Shown: positions 12,756 through 27,629 of the stretch, piece after piece
Position numbering within the stretch: the stretch's first letter is position 1
How the letters are laid out: each line of letters starts with the position of its first letter
DNA from: the human T2T-CHM13v2.0 reference genome, Homo sapiens
Assembly: GCF_009914755.1 (NCBI RefSeq)
Contig: NC_060947.1
Strand: one strand, 5' to 3'
Length of the DNA: 64,000 bases
Notes under the pieces: model-generated
Seen by the model: only the letters and a program-made list of their open reading frames with translations
Databases searched by the model: none
Told to the model about the DNA's origin: nothing
Position numbers and translations under genes: made by a program

Positions 12756-13166
12756 TGTAGTGGATACTGTAATGCTTCATCAAGATCCTCTTCTGGAGTC
12801 GATGCACCCACACTACCAATATTATTCCTAGTATTTGTGGTGTGGTTGCATTGACTCCAGAATAATAATATCTACAAAAGGATCACAGCTGCATTTCTCC
12901 CTGGTGCCTGCTCTTGGCTAGTGCAAAGATACAAAAGTCTCGCCCATTTGCCTCAATTTGGTAGAACTCTGAAAGACCATCCCAGCTCCAGTGTCCCTGT
13001 CACATGGGCTGAAGCCTCAGTAGCAACTGCAGTGTGGATGAGCTTTTCTCTCTGCCCAATACTGCCTCCTTCACTTCCTTATAAATAGCAACAATACTTC
13101 TCAAAATACTTTCTGTGTGCAACTTTTTGTCTCAGAGACTGTTGCCAAGGAATCTCATCTCTGACA
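12756..13166 (+). mobile_element. LTR16-family ERVL solo LTR
   Basis: TG...CA ends; tgtagtggatactgt...cttttctctctgcccaatactgcctccttcac...gtctcagagactg...tgaca. Confidence 0.7.
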
Positions 13167-13269
13167 CCGTATCTCTGGTCTATTTACGTAATAGTTTGTT
13201 TTTAATACATAGAAGTAATATGATTTTTTCAGGCATTCGATAGTAGAATATTTTTTAAAGTTAATTATA

Positions 13270-13564
<295 letters not shown>

Positions 13565-14629
13565 AAAGTTAATTATTTATTGGTATCACATGTTATATAA
13601 TTCAATTGAATGCTCTAAAAAATGACAAAAAGTATGCAGAGGATTGTTGGCATATTTATTGTTTAAGGGCTTATAAAGTAGTTTTACACTCCTTGGGTAT
13701 ATTTGAGTTTCAATGTATCATCAGAGTTGCTGTTTCTTATGTGAAATATGCACACTTCCTGTAACTAAAAGACCCATGAGCTTGACAAATTCAACTGCTG
13801 AAGTCTTGAACTCCGTCTTCATAATGACCTTGGAAATGTAACTGCTATCTTAAGTTGGTTTGAAGTGACTGTATTGAACTAAACTTGAGTTTTAACGTTC
13901 TGGGTCAGTAAACATGTTATGAATTGCAGGTATGGAAAACACACTAACTGAAATAGTGGAACTAGCTACATCAAAATCAATTTATGTTTTTATTTAACTT
14001 GTAGAAAACCATACTATGCCCAGAAGTGCGACAACTACCAACCATACAAAAGAGATCAAAATCAAGGGGAGAAAACAGGTAACACTTACGTAGGAAAAAT
14101 TGCTTGTTAGAAGCACAACAAATAAAAATTTGGTGTTTGTTTCTTTAAGACATCCCTGCCAAACCATCTCAAATTCTTTTTGAACGTATGAAAGGTAATC
14201 ATAAATAAAACATGGTTTCAGTGGTTTTAAATTATGCTATTGAAATAACAATGTTCCTCAGAGCATTAGCATGACAGTTTTGATGCACATACTTCCTATT
14301 GTCTTGGACTTGAATCTCATTGTCTTAATCCTTTTGATGAATGGGTTTAAAATTAAGAGTGTAAAGAGTGTATGGAAAAGCTGTGAGCCCACAGTAAATG
14401 GTTTCTGAAGTAGAAACATATCCAACTCTGTTTATTCAGAAAGATCTGTGAAGCTGTATTATTACAGTTGCTTCATTATGAACTTATTTTTGCTGCTTAC
14501 AAAGGGGAAATCCCATCAGATCAGGGCTAAGATAATTCCTTTTTAAACAATCAGTAAATCATATTTAAACCTTGTTTACACTAGTACTTTTTCCATGATG
14601 GCGTTGTTTTACATAAAATACATGCTTTC

Positions 14630-15625
14630 AATCTTGTTAAATTTGTTAGGACTCATTTTGTGGCCTAACATATGATCTACCCTGAAGAATTGTTTCTTGT
14701 GCACTTGATAAGAATGTATATTCTCCTGCTGTTAGATGAGATGTACTGTATATGTCTGCTAGGTCTATTTGATCTAAAGCATAAAGTCCAATGCATTCTT
14801 ATTGATTTTTTAATGTGGATTTTCTGTCTATTGTTGAATTTGGGGTAGAAGTCCCCTACTATTATTGTACTGTAGTTTGTCTCTTTCTTTTTATCACTTT
14901 ATATTTGCTTTATATATTTAGGTACTCCAATGTTGGGTGCATATATATTTACAATTGTTATACCTTCTTGATGAATTGATCCTTTTATCATTATTTAATG
15001 ACCTTCTTTGTGTCTTTTTAGTTTTTGATTTTTAAAGCCTATTTTGTCTAATAGAAGTATGGCTATCCCCATTCTCTTTTGGTTTCCATTTACATGGAAA
15101 CCAAAATATCTTTTTCTATCTCTTCTATTTCAGTCAACATGTGTCCTAAAAGATGACGTGAGTCTCTTATGGGCAGCATGTAGTTGAGTCTTGTTGTTTT
15201 AATCCATTTGGCCACTCTATCTTTAGACTGGTGAATTTAATCCATTTACATTCAAAGTAAATATTGATAGGTAGGAATTTACTACTGCCATTTAAAAAGT
15301 TGTTTTCTAATTGTTTTGTAGATCCTTTGTTCTATATGCCTTTTTTTGTTGTCTTCTTTTATGGTTTGACTGTTTTGCTCAGTAGTATACTTTGATTCCT
15401 TACTTTTTACCTTTTGTATATCTACTATAGGTTTTTGCTTTTGCTACTATAGGTTTTTGCTTTTCTTTACATCTTACGTAAGGGTTTTTTAAGCTGGTAA
15501 TAACTTAACTTTGATTGCATACAAAACTCTACACGCTTACTTCCCTAATCCACATTTTGTAATTTCAATGTCACAACCTATATCTTCTTTATAATTTGTC
15601 TCTTTTAACCAATTATTGTAGCTAT
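14630..15625 (-). mobile_element. Old L1M internal fragment (ORF1 end / ORF2 endonuclease region)
   Basis: ttttgtggcctaacatatgatct...gcacttgataagaatgtatattc...ccaatgttgggtgcatatatatttacaattgtta is the reverse of L1 EN-domain sequence. Confidence 0.85.
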
Positions 15626-18600
15626 AAGCACATTGGGATGTGAGAGTTCTTTTTAGTAGAGATCACACAAATTTTGCATTTTAAAATGTTACTTGAAAAT
15701 AAAATTTTCAATGAAGTTATATTTAAGATTCAATTATTCCAAGGTAAAGTTAATTACAAAGTCCAGAATGGAAAATCATGCTATTTTTTTCATTAGTAGA
15801 AAAATAATAATCCTTAAAAATGATGTTTCTTTTTTCCTAAGATATCTAGATAAGAACTAAAAGTAAAATGTATTTCCTCTACTGTAAAATTACAATCTAT
15901 ATTAATCCATTATTTTAAAACAAAAAGATACGAAGGGAGAAAATTTTTATCAAGTTATGTTACAAAATCTCTAGCTTATTGCATGAAATTAAACCACATA
16001 AAAGAAATAATAAACCTAACTGAAACAACATTAACTCCTATCTAGGGTTTATCAAACTACAGAAAACAGAAAGGAAAGGAATTATACATCTTGAGAAACA
16101 TAACTACTAAATACTGGTGGAAACTATACATGTGCATAGTTTTGAATTGGTAAAATTCTTCATTTTTGCCCTGTAAATGGTGGAAAGAATGAAAAAAGTC
16201 ACTAAAGCTCTGTTTCCTACTTTTGTACTAATTCAAAGGCATGATTATGCTATACTTAATAACTATTTCTACTTAAAAATTGTTAATCATTGTGATTTTA
16301 ACACCTAATGTATATATTTTCTGTGGAATACAAGAACGTGAACAGAGGCAAAGAGCTAGGTAGAAAGACCAATTTCCAAAGAGAAAGTAGGGTTAGTTTA
16401 CTACTGGGGGCCTCACATTCCCATTCAATCTGACGTAAAAGTGGAATTGAAGGGCATATGGGCTGAAGTTATCAGAGACTGTATTGCTAAAATGGATAAT
16501 CTTCCCCTATTGACAATGGGGGCCTGTGGCTACCAAAATTAGGTGACTTGAACAGATAAAACCATAACAAGTTCGGATCCTTTCATGCATCTATTTTCAA
16601 AAATGATATTTTGGTGATTAGTAAATCAGATTTATTATTATGATAAAAATGAGTAAGTAAATTATTTATAAAAACGTAAGCTATCAAAAACTTAGTTTTC
16701 AGTGCCATGAAAATATAGGTTATAGTAACTTGTGAAGATCTTCAGGAAGGTTAATTTATACTGTACATTCTAAACCATAGATGCTACATCTGGTAATATT
16801 AAGTTGGGAAGGGATTTATCTGGGAAAACACCATCATTTATCAATTAAACCAAGGCAGAAAAGGTTGAATAGTTTGCCCAAAACCCCCAAACCATAGCCA
16901 ACAAGAGATCAAATGAGGACTAGATCCCAGGTTTATTAATTCCCAATCCAGTGATCTTTTAACAGTGCCTGGTTTACAATATCATGAGCATGCTTCTGAA
17001 ATATTAAAAATGTTACGTCTCTATATAATAACTTTATATCTAGCATGCGTAGATTGAGAAAAATAGTGACAAAATCAACTTATTCTGAATTCAGTAATAT
17101 TGTAATATAATTTTGCATTTATTAATTGCAGTAGCATCTACATCACTTAAAAAATGTCTACTACATGTTTGTGGGTAATGCATCACTCCTTTGATTCACA
17201 GACAACACTTGAGGTGGTTGTGGATTTGAGAATTTCTTTCAATGGTCCTGGGAAATTTTAGCTATATCCAGCACACAGGTTGAGAACTTCTATAATGTTG
17301 GTCTCTGCCTTGCAACATTACTCTTAACCAAATATCTTTAAAAGTCGTACTCTTTACTCTTAGAGTTGATTTCAGTTTCATTGTTGCCAAACAATGATAT
17401 CTCAATCATTTGACAATGGGTTGTGGCATAGATATAAAATATCCAAATTGTCTAAATATTTTTATATTTTTTTATAAATTAGAACCAACTAAAGGTTGTC
17501 AATATAAGAGTACTCTCGCATTCCAAAGTGCTTTTCTGAGTGAGAGAGGGTGCACAGTCAGAACTAGTGTGCTTGAATTTTGCTATTTAACTTCATTCAC
17601 CTTTACATATCTGTAGCCCCTGACATGAATATCTATCTTCAGGCAAGTGAGTGAATATTGCCAACATCTGTGATGATACTGGTAGGATAGGGATGGGGGC
17701 AAAACAAAGGTTGAAAAATCCTATATGACCATATCCAATACCTGAATTCTCTTCCACTTTACTTACAGAAAGTGATTTCCCACTGCTTACCCCAAAAGTA
17801 CACATTGTGTCAAACTAGCCAGTCTCTTTATGTAATACCCAATATGCTTTCACTCTTTACAAAATAAATTTATCCTTGTTGTTTCTTAGACTTTTTTTTG
17901 CACCCATTTTATTCCTTACTAATGTCTACGATCACAATCTTCTGTGAAGTCTTTGTTGACAACTCTAGTTAACCCATACAGTCTTCTTTCCAAACTCCTA
18001 TGTTGATTTCAGTCTTACATATTTATTTATATTATTATTTGCTATCTCAATTGTAAAATTCTACAATTGGAAGGAAATTATGGAAATTCCAATGCTGAAC
18101 TTTAAAATCTTTCTCCTTTGAGCATTGTAAATCTTAGACTGAAATGCTTTACATATAATTTAGTAGATGTTTAATATTCTCAAGAGGTATGCCTAAGAGT
18201 CTTTGCAAATCAAAAAGCAGATTTATATGATCTGATAGTCTTACTTAGGAGTTAAGGGATTCATCCCTGCCCAGTAGTTTCCCAGTACATGAAATTAGTA
18301 CTGGAGGCCTTCCTTACATGTTAGAACCACCCAATTACCCAATAGGATCAATGCTATTAAACACATTAGAAATCACTACATATCATGGACCTTTAGAAAG
18401 CAATATTTTATCACTTCATATGAGTTATTTAGCTTAGGACAATGTTTTGCCATTTCTTATTTAGATTATGAGAAATGTCACATCTCATTTTAAAAATTAT
18501 TTCTTAGTATATCACATCATTCTGATTATCTGCACTAAAGCAAAATCTTCCAAACATAAAGGAGTTTTCAAAATATGTTCTACCATTAGAAATTAGCATG

Positions 18601-18776
18601 ACGGCTGTATTTTCATTTAACATATTTTACAAAAGGAAATAATAGGTTCATGAATGAGAAAGCTGTTTTCTGTCGTGTCTTTGATAATCTGAATTTAGTC
18701 TAACAGAATAGCTTTCATTTAAGTATTATTACTGAATAATTACTAACTTAGTAAAGGGTTTATACCTACTTAGTAA

Positions 18777-19550
18777 CGAAGCAGGATATTTCCCTGACCC
18801 CTTTGTGGAACTCGCAACAGGGGTGCCTTATTTACTTAGCCCACTGCTCTCAACTCCTCACTGGAGGGAGTGTGCAAGCAAACGAGGTGGGAACTGGAGT
18901 GCATGAGCACTGGAGCAGCATCTAGGTGGAGGCGTCTGCGACCCCTGAAGCCCCAGAGGGTGTGTTACAGTGCTCTGTTAGCTCTGCCATCCACGGACAG
19001 CTTAGGCGTTAACAGCTCAGTGGGCCATTTGTCTTTTCGCAGGAGGCAGCTGCCCTCCACCAGCAAGGGCAAAGGGCCTTTTGTATTCACACTTGTGGCT
19101 CCTGAGCTCTTGTCCAGCATCTAGGGAAAATGAGGTCACATGAACAAATTGAAGGATTGTAAATGTGAGGGATTGTACTGCCGATGAAAGTGGCTCTCAG
19201 TGGGAAGGGGAGCTGAAAAGGGGATGGGGGTGGCAAGTAATCTTCCCCTGAAGTCCAGCCGGATTCTTCTCTAAAGTTATGCCATCAAGTTGTCCCTCTG
19301 AAGTCAAGCTGCTTCTCTCTGATGTCCAGCTGTAGTCCTGTCTACCAGCTGAGTCTGGGGTTTTTATAGGCACAGGATGGGGTGGGGTGGGGCCATGGGT
19401 GGTTTAGAAAAAGGCAACATTCGAGCAGGAAAACTGGGATATAAGTTCCCACTTTGAGCTGCGGTTTCAGGCTTTTTGGCTTGAGGGTGGGGTTTTCGCT
19501 GGGGACCATCCCTTTTCTGCCTAGAGCTTCTCTGCCTCCTGCCGCTATCA
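18777..19550 (-). mobile_element. MER50-family ERV1 solo LTR
   Basis: Minus strand starts TGATAGCGGCAGGAGGCAGA and ends gggtcagggaaatatcctgcttcg; 4-bp TSD gtaa/gtac; GC-rich relative to flanks. Confidence 0.85.
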
Positions 19551-19582
19551 GTACGAGAGTTGTGTAAATGCCTATATTGATA

Positions 19583-19998
19583 CAGGTGCTCCTCAACGTA
19601 CAATGGGATTATTTCCTGATAAACCCATCATACGTTGAAAACATCATAAATTGAAAAACCCATCATAAGTTGAAAACATCATAAATTGAAAAATGCATTT
19701 AATAAACCTAACCTACTGAACATCATTGCTTAGCCTAGCCTACCTTCAACATGGTCAGAACACTTACATTAGCCTACAGTTGGGCAAAATCATCTAACAC
19801 AAAGCCTATTTTATTAAAGGTGTTGAACATCTCATGTAATTTATTGAATACTGTATTGAACATGAAAAGCAGAACAGTTGTATGAGTACTTGAAGTATGA
19901 TTTCTACTGAGTGCATATTACTTTCACACCATTGTAAAATAAAAATATCCTAAGCCGAACCATTGTAAATCAAAACATTTTTAGATTGGGACCCTCTG
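19583..19998 (+). mobile_element. MER47A-like TcMar-Tigger element
   Basis: caggtgctcctcaac...gggaccctctg flanked by TA on both sides; internal ~35 bp tandem duplication at 19621-19692. Confidence 0.9.
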
Positions 19999-21224
19999 TA
20001 TATTTCTTTATTTCTCAGGCCCTTGACAAAAGGAGATAATTGAAGCATTCTTATTTTTATTAAACAGTGAACATATGTGCTAACAAAGGAAAATTATATT
20101 CAGAGAAATCAGCACTTGCCCTTGTATTACACAGGAAGTGCTAAAAGCTTTACTCTTTAGAGTTAAATGCTAAGAAATTTAGATTGGTATAGGTTACATA
20201 CAAGTTTTCCCGACAATTCTATATCTTGAAAAAAAAAATCTAACATTGTATTATCTGAGACTACAGCACAGTTGGACTGGTTTAGACTAAAACTAGGGTA
20301 AGGGAAGTGGTGTTAAAATTGATTGAAGATTATAGTATACGTCTAAAATCTTGGGCATCATTAATAAAGCCCACTCTACTTGGACTTATTGCTCTATTCA
20401 TATCCTTTCTGAAAGATAAACTACCTCAAAATTCAGGACCCAATAGTAATATACTATTATTGCGGAGATGCCATGAAACATTCCTGGGGCTGTGATCGGG
20501 ATGATTGAGAGGAGCGCTAAATGCTGAAAAGTGGATGTGACCAGGGAATGGCTTAGCTGTTTGCCAGTGTAAAAAATAACTTGATATCAACATTAAGCAG
20601 CAGCTGAAGAATCTTTTAATAGTTTAGGCACTTTTTCTAAATCCTTCAGTTATGCTTCACCGATTAAATTATTAAGAACCTCTGATCTAGCTATTTCATA
20701 TTTTAGATGTGAGTGAAGATGTTTTGAAATCATTTTCATTGTTCATGGTTTCTTGTTTTTTAAAATTAAACCTAGAGGACGCTGAGATAATCTCTTTTTA
20801 TTAGGTCTGCAGAAACCAAGAATACACCAAATGCTGAATAGCTGCATGGAAGTATCACTTGCCTTGACAATATTGTATTATGATAAGCTAGTTCCTCTTT
20901 TTTTTTTTTTTAAGTTGAGCTATATAGATTCCAATTAATGTTGTTAAACCAATTGTTTAAAAAATGGCCAGAGGCTTCTACTGGCTTTTAGATGGAGGCC
21001 AAGATATGATTGCGTCAAAGATCAAGATAAGGATCAGAAACGAAATTTAGGAAGAGCCTCCCAATGTGAATGACTAAATTGTATATGATTAACTTTTCTA
21101 AAAATACTTCTCGTTGTCATTTAGTTTATAAATAGCTTGCAGATAATATTGTCTTCCTATAGGTTCGTTGAACAAATATTAACTGGGTACCTTTGGGCCC
21201 AGTGTCACCCCAATGGAGTGAATA

Positions 21225-21860
21225 TTGTTGGTGGCTTAAACAACTTCCATTCAAAGATATCCCTACACCCACTCTGAAATTCTGCTTTCTAGGAGAATTC
21301 CAATTGTCTTCAAGTTTCTACGGAATCCATCCTCAGTTCTGGAGATGGATTTAGATTCACCTAAATCTTCGATTCTAAGCCAGTCAAGATAATCTCATCC
21401 TCTTGGTTCAGGAAGAAAAGTTTAAATCAACCAGCTTATGAAACCATTCTGAATCATCTTTAGTACAATAGTAGATATATATGAATACCTAATACATATA
21501 CTAATGATACAGTAGATACACAATTAAAATTTTGATTGTTCTTATCTGAGGGTGAAATCTCTGAATCTGTGAGGTAAGTGTTTATGTCTCTCACTGTAAC
21601 AAGAAATTATGTTACCCATTTGTTGCTGGCAGTCATCTTGGAACCTGGAGGGCAACTAGTGAGGAGGTCAAAGCTGACGCAGAGAAAAAAATCAGGACAA
21701 AGAAAGTCATAGAGAAAGAGTGACAGAGCTCTGCTTGTACTTCATCTGGAGCCAGCTTTAACCTCTGAACTTCCAGTTATGTGAGTTGAATTATTCTTAT
21801 TTTTGAAGCCACTTTGAAAGTGCATTCTCTTTCTTGCAGCCCAAAGCATCTTAACTATTA
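21225..21860 (+). mobile_element. Old MLT1 (J/K-like) MaLR LTR
   Basis: 3' end gaacttccagttatgtgag...gaagccactttga...cttgcagcccaaagcatcttaact. Confidence 0.6.
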
Positions 21861-21999
21861 AATATGTCACCAGGGTAACATAAATATGCCAACAATTAAT
21901 CTCAGTAAAATATTATGATACTTGCTGAAATAGGAGTAAATTTTAAAATGATAATATGGAGAGAGAAGCACATGCATTCCCCTGGAGGACTAAGTAGGA

Positions 22000-22790
22000 A
22001 AAAAGGTACTTACACAAATAATATTATAAACTGAGAATGTAATGGTAAGTTTACCAAAGAGCCTATTATGACAAATGTATTTCTAGCAAAAGGAAGAATA
22101 TATGTTAAAGTATAAAGGCAGCAATTGGTGATTAGGGAGTTACAAATAGTTTAGTATTACTTGATTTTTCAAGAGAGAGGAGGGAAGATGTAGGAAATAC
22201 CCTAGATAGACTAGTAGGTACCAAATCCATGAACGGCCTTGTGTACCAAGCTGAAAAATTTAGCTTTTATCCTAGAAGAGAAAGAGAACTATTATACAAC
22301 CTTTACTAATACATTATGATTGGCATGTTAAAAAGTGTAGTTTTAATGGATTTGCAGTGTACAAGATGAGCTGAGAGACAGAAAAACTAGTGAAGAGGTT
22401 TTGTAGAAGATGCTATCTGAATGAATGAGAAAACAAAATTGCAGTGCTAAATAAGAGATAAGAAATTTCAAGCTTATTTGTCTTAACAAGATCGAAAGGA
22501 TTGGTAATTTATCGTGGGGCTTAATATTAAGGAATAAAGAAAGTGCCAGAAAAACTTCCTGATTTTTAACATGGCCAGTCCATTAGATTGTGTCATTCAC
22601 AAAAATAGGGAATATAGTAAGAGGAATAGATTTTCAGAAAATAATGATAACATCAATTTTACATATCCTGAGTTAGAAATACCTGTGGAACATCTACGTG
22701 GTAGCTTGTCAGCAGGTGAAAATATGAGTTTGGAATTGAAGAGAGAAGCCTGAACTAGAGATAATCATTGGCATAGTTTCAGTAGTCTTA
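22000..22790 (-). mobile_element. L2 fragments
   Basis: ggccttgtgtaccaagctgaaaaatttagcttttatcct and ttagaaatacctgtggaacatcta...aatatgagtttggaa resemble the L2 3' region. Confidence 0.55.
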
Positions 22791-22845
22791 ATCTTAGATT
22801 CTCTAATAAATGGAATTGGTAGTAAAATTATTTGAATTAAGTTAA

Positions 22846-23274
22846 TGCTATAGTTCAGATGTTGTCCCCTCCAAATCTCATGTTGAAATTTGATCCTCAA
22901 TATTGGAGGTGGGGCTTAACGGGAAGTGTGGGGTCATGGGGGTGGATCCTTCTTGAATGGCTTAATGCCCTTCCTGGGGGCAGGTTGAGTGACTGCTCAT
23001 TCTGTTAGGTTCTGCAAGAGCTAGTTGCCAAATAACAGCCTGGCACTTCCCCTCTCTCTCTTGTTTATGCTCTCTAACCATGTGATCTCTACACACCAGC
23101 TCCCCTTTGCCCTTCACCATGAATGGAAGAAGCCTGAGGCCCTCATGAGAAGTTGGTAGTGGTGCCATGCTTTTTTGTACAGCCTGCAGAACCATGAGCC
23201 AAATAAACCTTCCATTCTTTATAAATTGCCCAGTCTCTGGCATTCCTTTATAGCAACATACATGAACAAAGACA
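22846..23274 (+). mobile_element. MSTB-like MaLR solo LTR
   Basis: tgctatagtt...cccctccaaatctcatgttgaaatttgatcc...gaaccatgagccaaataaacc...cctttatagcaaca...aagaca; 429 bp. Confidence 0.9.
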
Positions 23275-25403
23275 GATGGTAAATTTTCCGTTATGTGCTG
23301 TTTGCCACAATAAAAAATTTAAAAAAATTGACAATAAGTACAGGATAGGTGATGGCCAATCAGCCAAGATGCTGGCCATAGAGCAATGCAGACTAGGAAT
23401 GGGTTAACTTCCAGGTGATATTAACACTGAAGAGGGCTAACAGGGAAAAAAGTAAACTAAGTAGAAATGGTTGGAAGTGACCACAGAGATCACTGAAAAA
23501 CCAAACCAAACCAGAGAATGTGCAATCTCAGAAACTAACACAATAGAGAATTTAAATTGAAGAGGGATAGGTGATCCTTGGGTAAGACTATTTAAAGGCA
23601 CTGAGGGTGAGATTACAGAACCCTAGCAAAGGGCAAAACAGTTAATAAATAAAATCTTGTCCAGTAGATTAATACTAATTACGTCTTAAATTAATACTCA
23701 CCATGTGATGCAATTTAAAAAACAATTATATTTACCAAGAATGTTAGGTAAAATGTGCATAAAAATAGAATTACTTGACCTAATATATTAATAATTTGAA
23801 CTCAAGAAGCAAACTATAGTAAGAAAGACAGAGTAGAAAGTTTTCAAGTCAATGGATTACTGAAGAGTACATGTGACAGGCAAATAAACACTGGTAGATA
23901 AATATATTAAGGAATTTGGAGTGGCAGATTCTTTCTGACATATAGGATGACAAAGAATGTAAAGAATGAAAGACTGGAACAAAAATCAGAGGAGATAAGG
24001 GACATATAAAGTGAAATATAAAGAACCAGGAAGATTTATAGGTGGTAAGAATTGGAAGTGACCAACTGGTTTCAAGAAAACAAAGAATCTTCAGTGAGAG
24101 GAGCTGAAGACAGGCGTGATGTGGCAACCTCCAAAAAAAGACTTAAAGTGAATTTTTCCGCTACTGCAATATTTTTTTGTTCTCAAACAATATTTTTGCT
24201 TTTCTTTTATAGGTGGAAATAGTGAGGATGATAGTACACTGAAAAGACATTTCATGGTTCTGACATTCAAATTGTAAAATATATCGGGTTGAATGACAAA
24301 ATTACTTCATCCCCCTTTTAAAATTTCTATGGTACTTTTGAGTCTCAAAATCAAGGGAAAACTAATACTTTTGAAGCTCATACAGTTTTTGTTCTAGAAG
24401 TTTTGTCTTTTTTGTGAGCATAAATTTACCCAGTGGGTTCAGGAAGAAGATGAGTATTTTTTTTTTTCAAAGCAAACAACGAGACAGCAGGAGGTTGAAA
24501 GTTCTCCACATGGAGTTGTCACTCAAGCACTGACATCAAAATCAATGAAAAGTGGCTCCAGTCTTGTGCTAAGTATAATTTGTAGCAGAGAGGAAGTTGG
24601 AGGCAAAGTGTGAGGAGAAGAGAGCTGAGAAAAATAGATAGTCAGATATTCAGCAAACACAGGGGAAATAAAGAGGAATAAACCCTAAAGTTGGCAAAAT
24701 GATCCAAATTCCAAATGGAATGAAGTAAAAAAAAAAAAAAAAGTGGCAGCACCATGTAGTGCAAACATCACTGGACTGAGAATCATTTGACAACAGACAC
24801 TCTGGGAGTCTACTTGATCTGGGCACCATTCTAGGCACTGGGAGTACAGTGGTAAATGTGGCACAGGCAATGGCCTCATGGAATTTATATTGTGATATAG
24901 AAAAGAGACAGGAAATATACATTTAACATCATTTTAGATTATATGAAAGGCAGTAAAGCAAAACAGAGCCAGGAAAAAAGTAAGAGAGTGAGAGGGTTGC
25001 AAGTTGGGCTAGGGTCTATGAAAAACTAGCCCTTAGCTCATTATGAAGGTTTGGATGAGACTTTTTATCCCTCTAAATTTCCTTAGCTCCCCTAGCTAGC
25101 TTTGTCTCTGGAACAAGATGACAGTTTATTTCATCTTTATTTCCATTTCTTTACATACTTCCTCTTTTACTGCTACTACTCATTCTCCACTTCTCTTTTT
25201 CACTCCCCTTTGGTACTCCTTGTTTCCAGAAGACTCTGATCCCCAGCTCAAGGGTTCCTTCTCTGTACTGAGTCTTGCTCGTAATTATCTTGTGTAACTT
25301 CAGGATTTCTATATTGAACAATACGCTGATTTCTATTTCTGCCTTCCTCATTCATTCCCAGGTAATGGGGATTCAATGAAAATCGACAAGAGGGGATGTT
25401 GGT

Positions 25404-27629
25404 TGTATTAGTCTGTTCTCATGCTGCTATGAAGAAATACCCGAGACTGGGTAATTTATGAAGAAAACAGTTTTAATTGATTCACCATTCTGCATGGCTG
25501 GGGAGGCCTCAGGAAACTTACAATCATGGCAGAAGGCACCTCTTCACAGGGTGGCAGGAGGGAGAATGAGTGCCAGCAGGGGAAACGCCAGACACTTATA
25601 AAACCATCAGATCTCATGTGAAATCACCCACTATCATGAGAATAGCATGGGGGAAACTGCCTCCATGATTCAATTACCTCTCACTGGGTCCCTCCCATGA
25701 CACCTGGGGATTTTGGAGATTACAATTCAAGGTGAGATTTGGGTGGGGACACAGCCAAAACATATCATTCTGCTCCTGGCCCCTCCCAAATCTCATGTCA
25801 TCACATTTCAAAACACAATAATGCCTTCCCAACAGTCACCCAAAGTCTTAACTCATTCCAACATTAACCCAAAAGTCCAAGTCCAAAGTTTCATCTAAGG
25901 CAAAGCAAGTCCCATCCGCCTATGAGCCTGAAAATCCAAAACAAGTTAGTTACTTCCAGGATACAATGGGGGGTACAGGCATTGGGTAAATACACCTGTT
26001 CCGAATGGGAGAAATTGGCCAAAATAAAGGGGTTACAGGCCACATGCAAGTCTTAAATCCAATAGGGCAGTCATTACACTTTGAACTGCCCAAATGATCT
26101 CCTTTGACTACATGTCTCACATCCAGGTCATGCTGATGCAAGAGGTGGGCTCCCATGGCCTTGGGCAGCTCTGCCCTTGTGGCTTTGCAGGGTACAGCCC
26201 CCTCCCAGCTGCTATCATGGCTAGCACTGAGTATCTGCAGCTTTTCTAGATGCATGGTTCAAACTATCAGCATTTCTGACTATTCTGGGGTTTGGATGAT
26301 GGTGGTCCTCTTCTCACAGCTCCACTAGGCAGTGCCCCAGTGGGGACTCTGTGTGGAGCTCCGACCCCACATTTTCCTTCTGCACTGTCCCAGCAGAGAG
26401 GTTTTCCATGAGGGCCCTGCCCCTGCAGCAAACTTCTGCCTGGACACCTAGGCTTTTCCATACATCCTCTGAATTCTAGGCAGAGGTTGCAAACCTCAAT
26501 TCTTGACTTCTGTCCAACCCCAGGCCCAACACCACATGTAAGCCACTAAGGCCTGCACCCTCTGAAGCAACAGCCTGAGCTGTACTTTGGCTTCTTTGAG
26601 CCACAGCTGGTATGCAGGGCACGAAGTCCTGAGACTCCACAAAGCAGCACGGCCCTGTGCCTGGCCCGTGAAACCATGTTTTCCTTTTAGGCCTCTGGGC
26701 TTGTGATGGGAGGGGCTGCCATTAAGACCTCTGACATGCCCCGGAGACATCTTCCCCATTGTCTTGGCGCTTAACATTTGGCTCCTTTACTTAAGCAAAG
26801 TTCTGCAGCCAGCTTGTATTTCTCAGAAAATGGGTTTTTCTTTTCTATCACATTGTTAGGCTGCAGATTTTCCAAACTTTGATGCTCTGCTTCCCTTTAA
26901 AACAAAGTTCCAATTTCAGATCATCTCTCTCAAGTTCAAATTTCCACAGATCTCTAGGCCAGGGGAAAATGCTGCCAGTCTCTTTGCTAAAGCTTAGCAA
27001 CAGTGTCCTTTGCTCCAGTTCCCAAGAAGTTCCTAATCTCCATCTGAGACCACCTCAGCCTGGACTTCATCGTCCACATCACCATCGGCATTTTGGTCAA
27101 AACCATTCAACAAGTCTCTAGGAAGTTTCAAATTTTCCCACATTTTCCTGTCATCTTCTAGCCCTCCAAACTGTTCCAACCTGTGCCTCTTACCCAGTTC
27201 CAAGTCACTTCCACATTTTCAGGTATATTTACAGCAATACCCCACTCTCTGCAGTACCAATTTACTGTATTAGTCCGTTCTCATGCTGCTATGAAGAAAT
27301 ACCCAAGACCGGGTAATTTATAAAGAAAAGAGGTTTAATAGACTCACAGTTCCGCATGGCTTCAGAGGCCTCCGGAAACTTACAATCATGGAGGAAGGCA
27401 CCTTTTCACAGGGTGATAGGAGAGAGAATGAGTGCCAGCAAGGGAAATGCCAGATGCTTATAAAACCATCAGATCTCATGAGAACTCATTCACTATCACG
27501 ACAACAGCATGGGGGGAAACAAACCCATGATTCAATTACTTCCCCCTGGGTCCCTCCCACAACACATGGGAATTACAGGGATTACAATTCAAGGTGAGAT
27601 TTGGGTGGGGACACAGCCAAACCATATCA
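25404..27629 (-). mobile_element. Complete THE1 (THE1C/D-like) MaLR element: 5' LTR 27266-27629, internal 25768-27265, 3' LTR 25404-25767
   Basis: Two 364-bp direct LTRs (TGATATG...TAATACA on minus) around 1498 bp of THE1 internal sequence; perfect 5-bp TSD TTGGT at 25399-25403 and 27630-27634. Confidence 0.96.

Noticed and set aside
15422-15464. 21-bp tandem duplication in the L1M fragment
   Set aside because: Ordinary slippage event with no sign of function.
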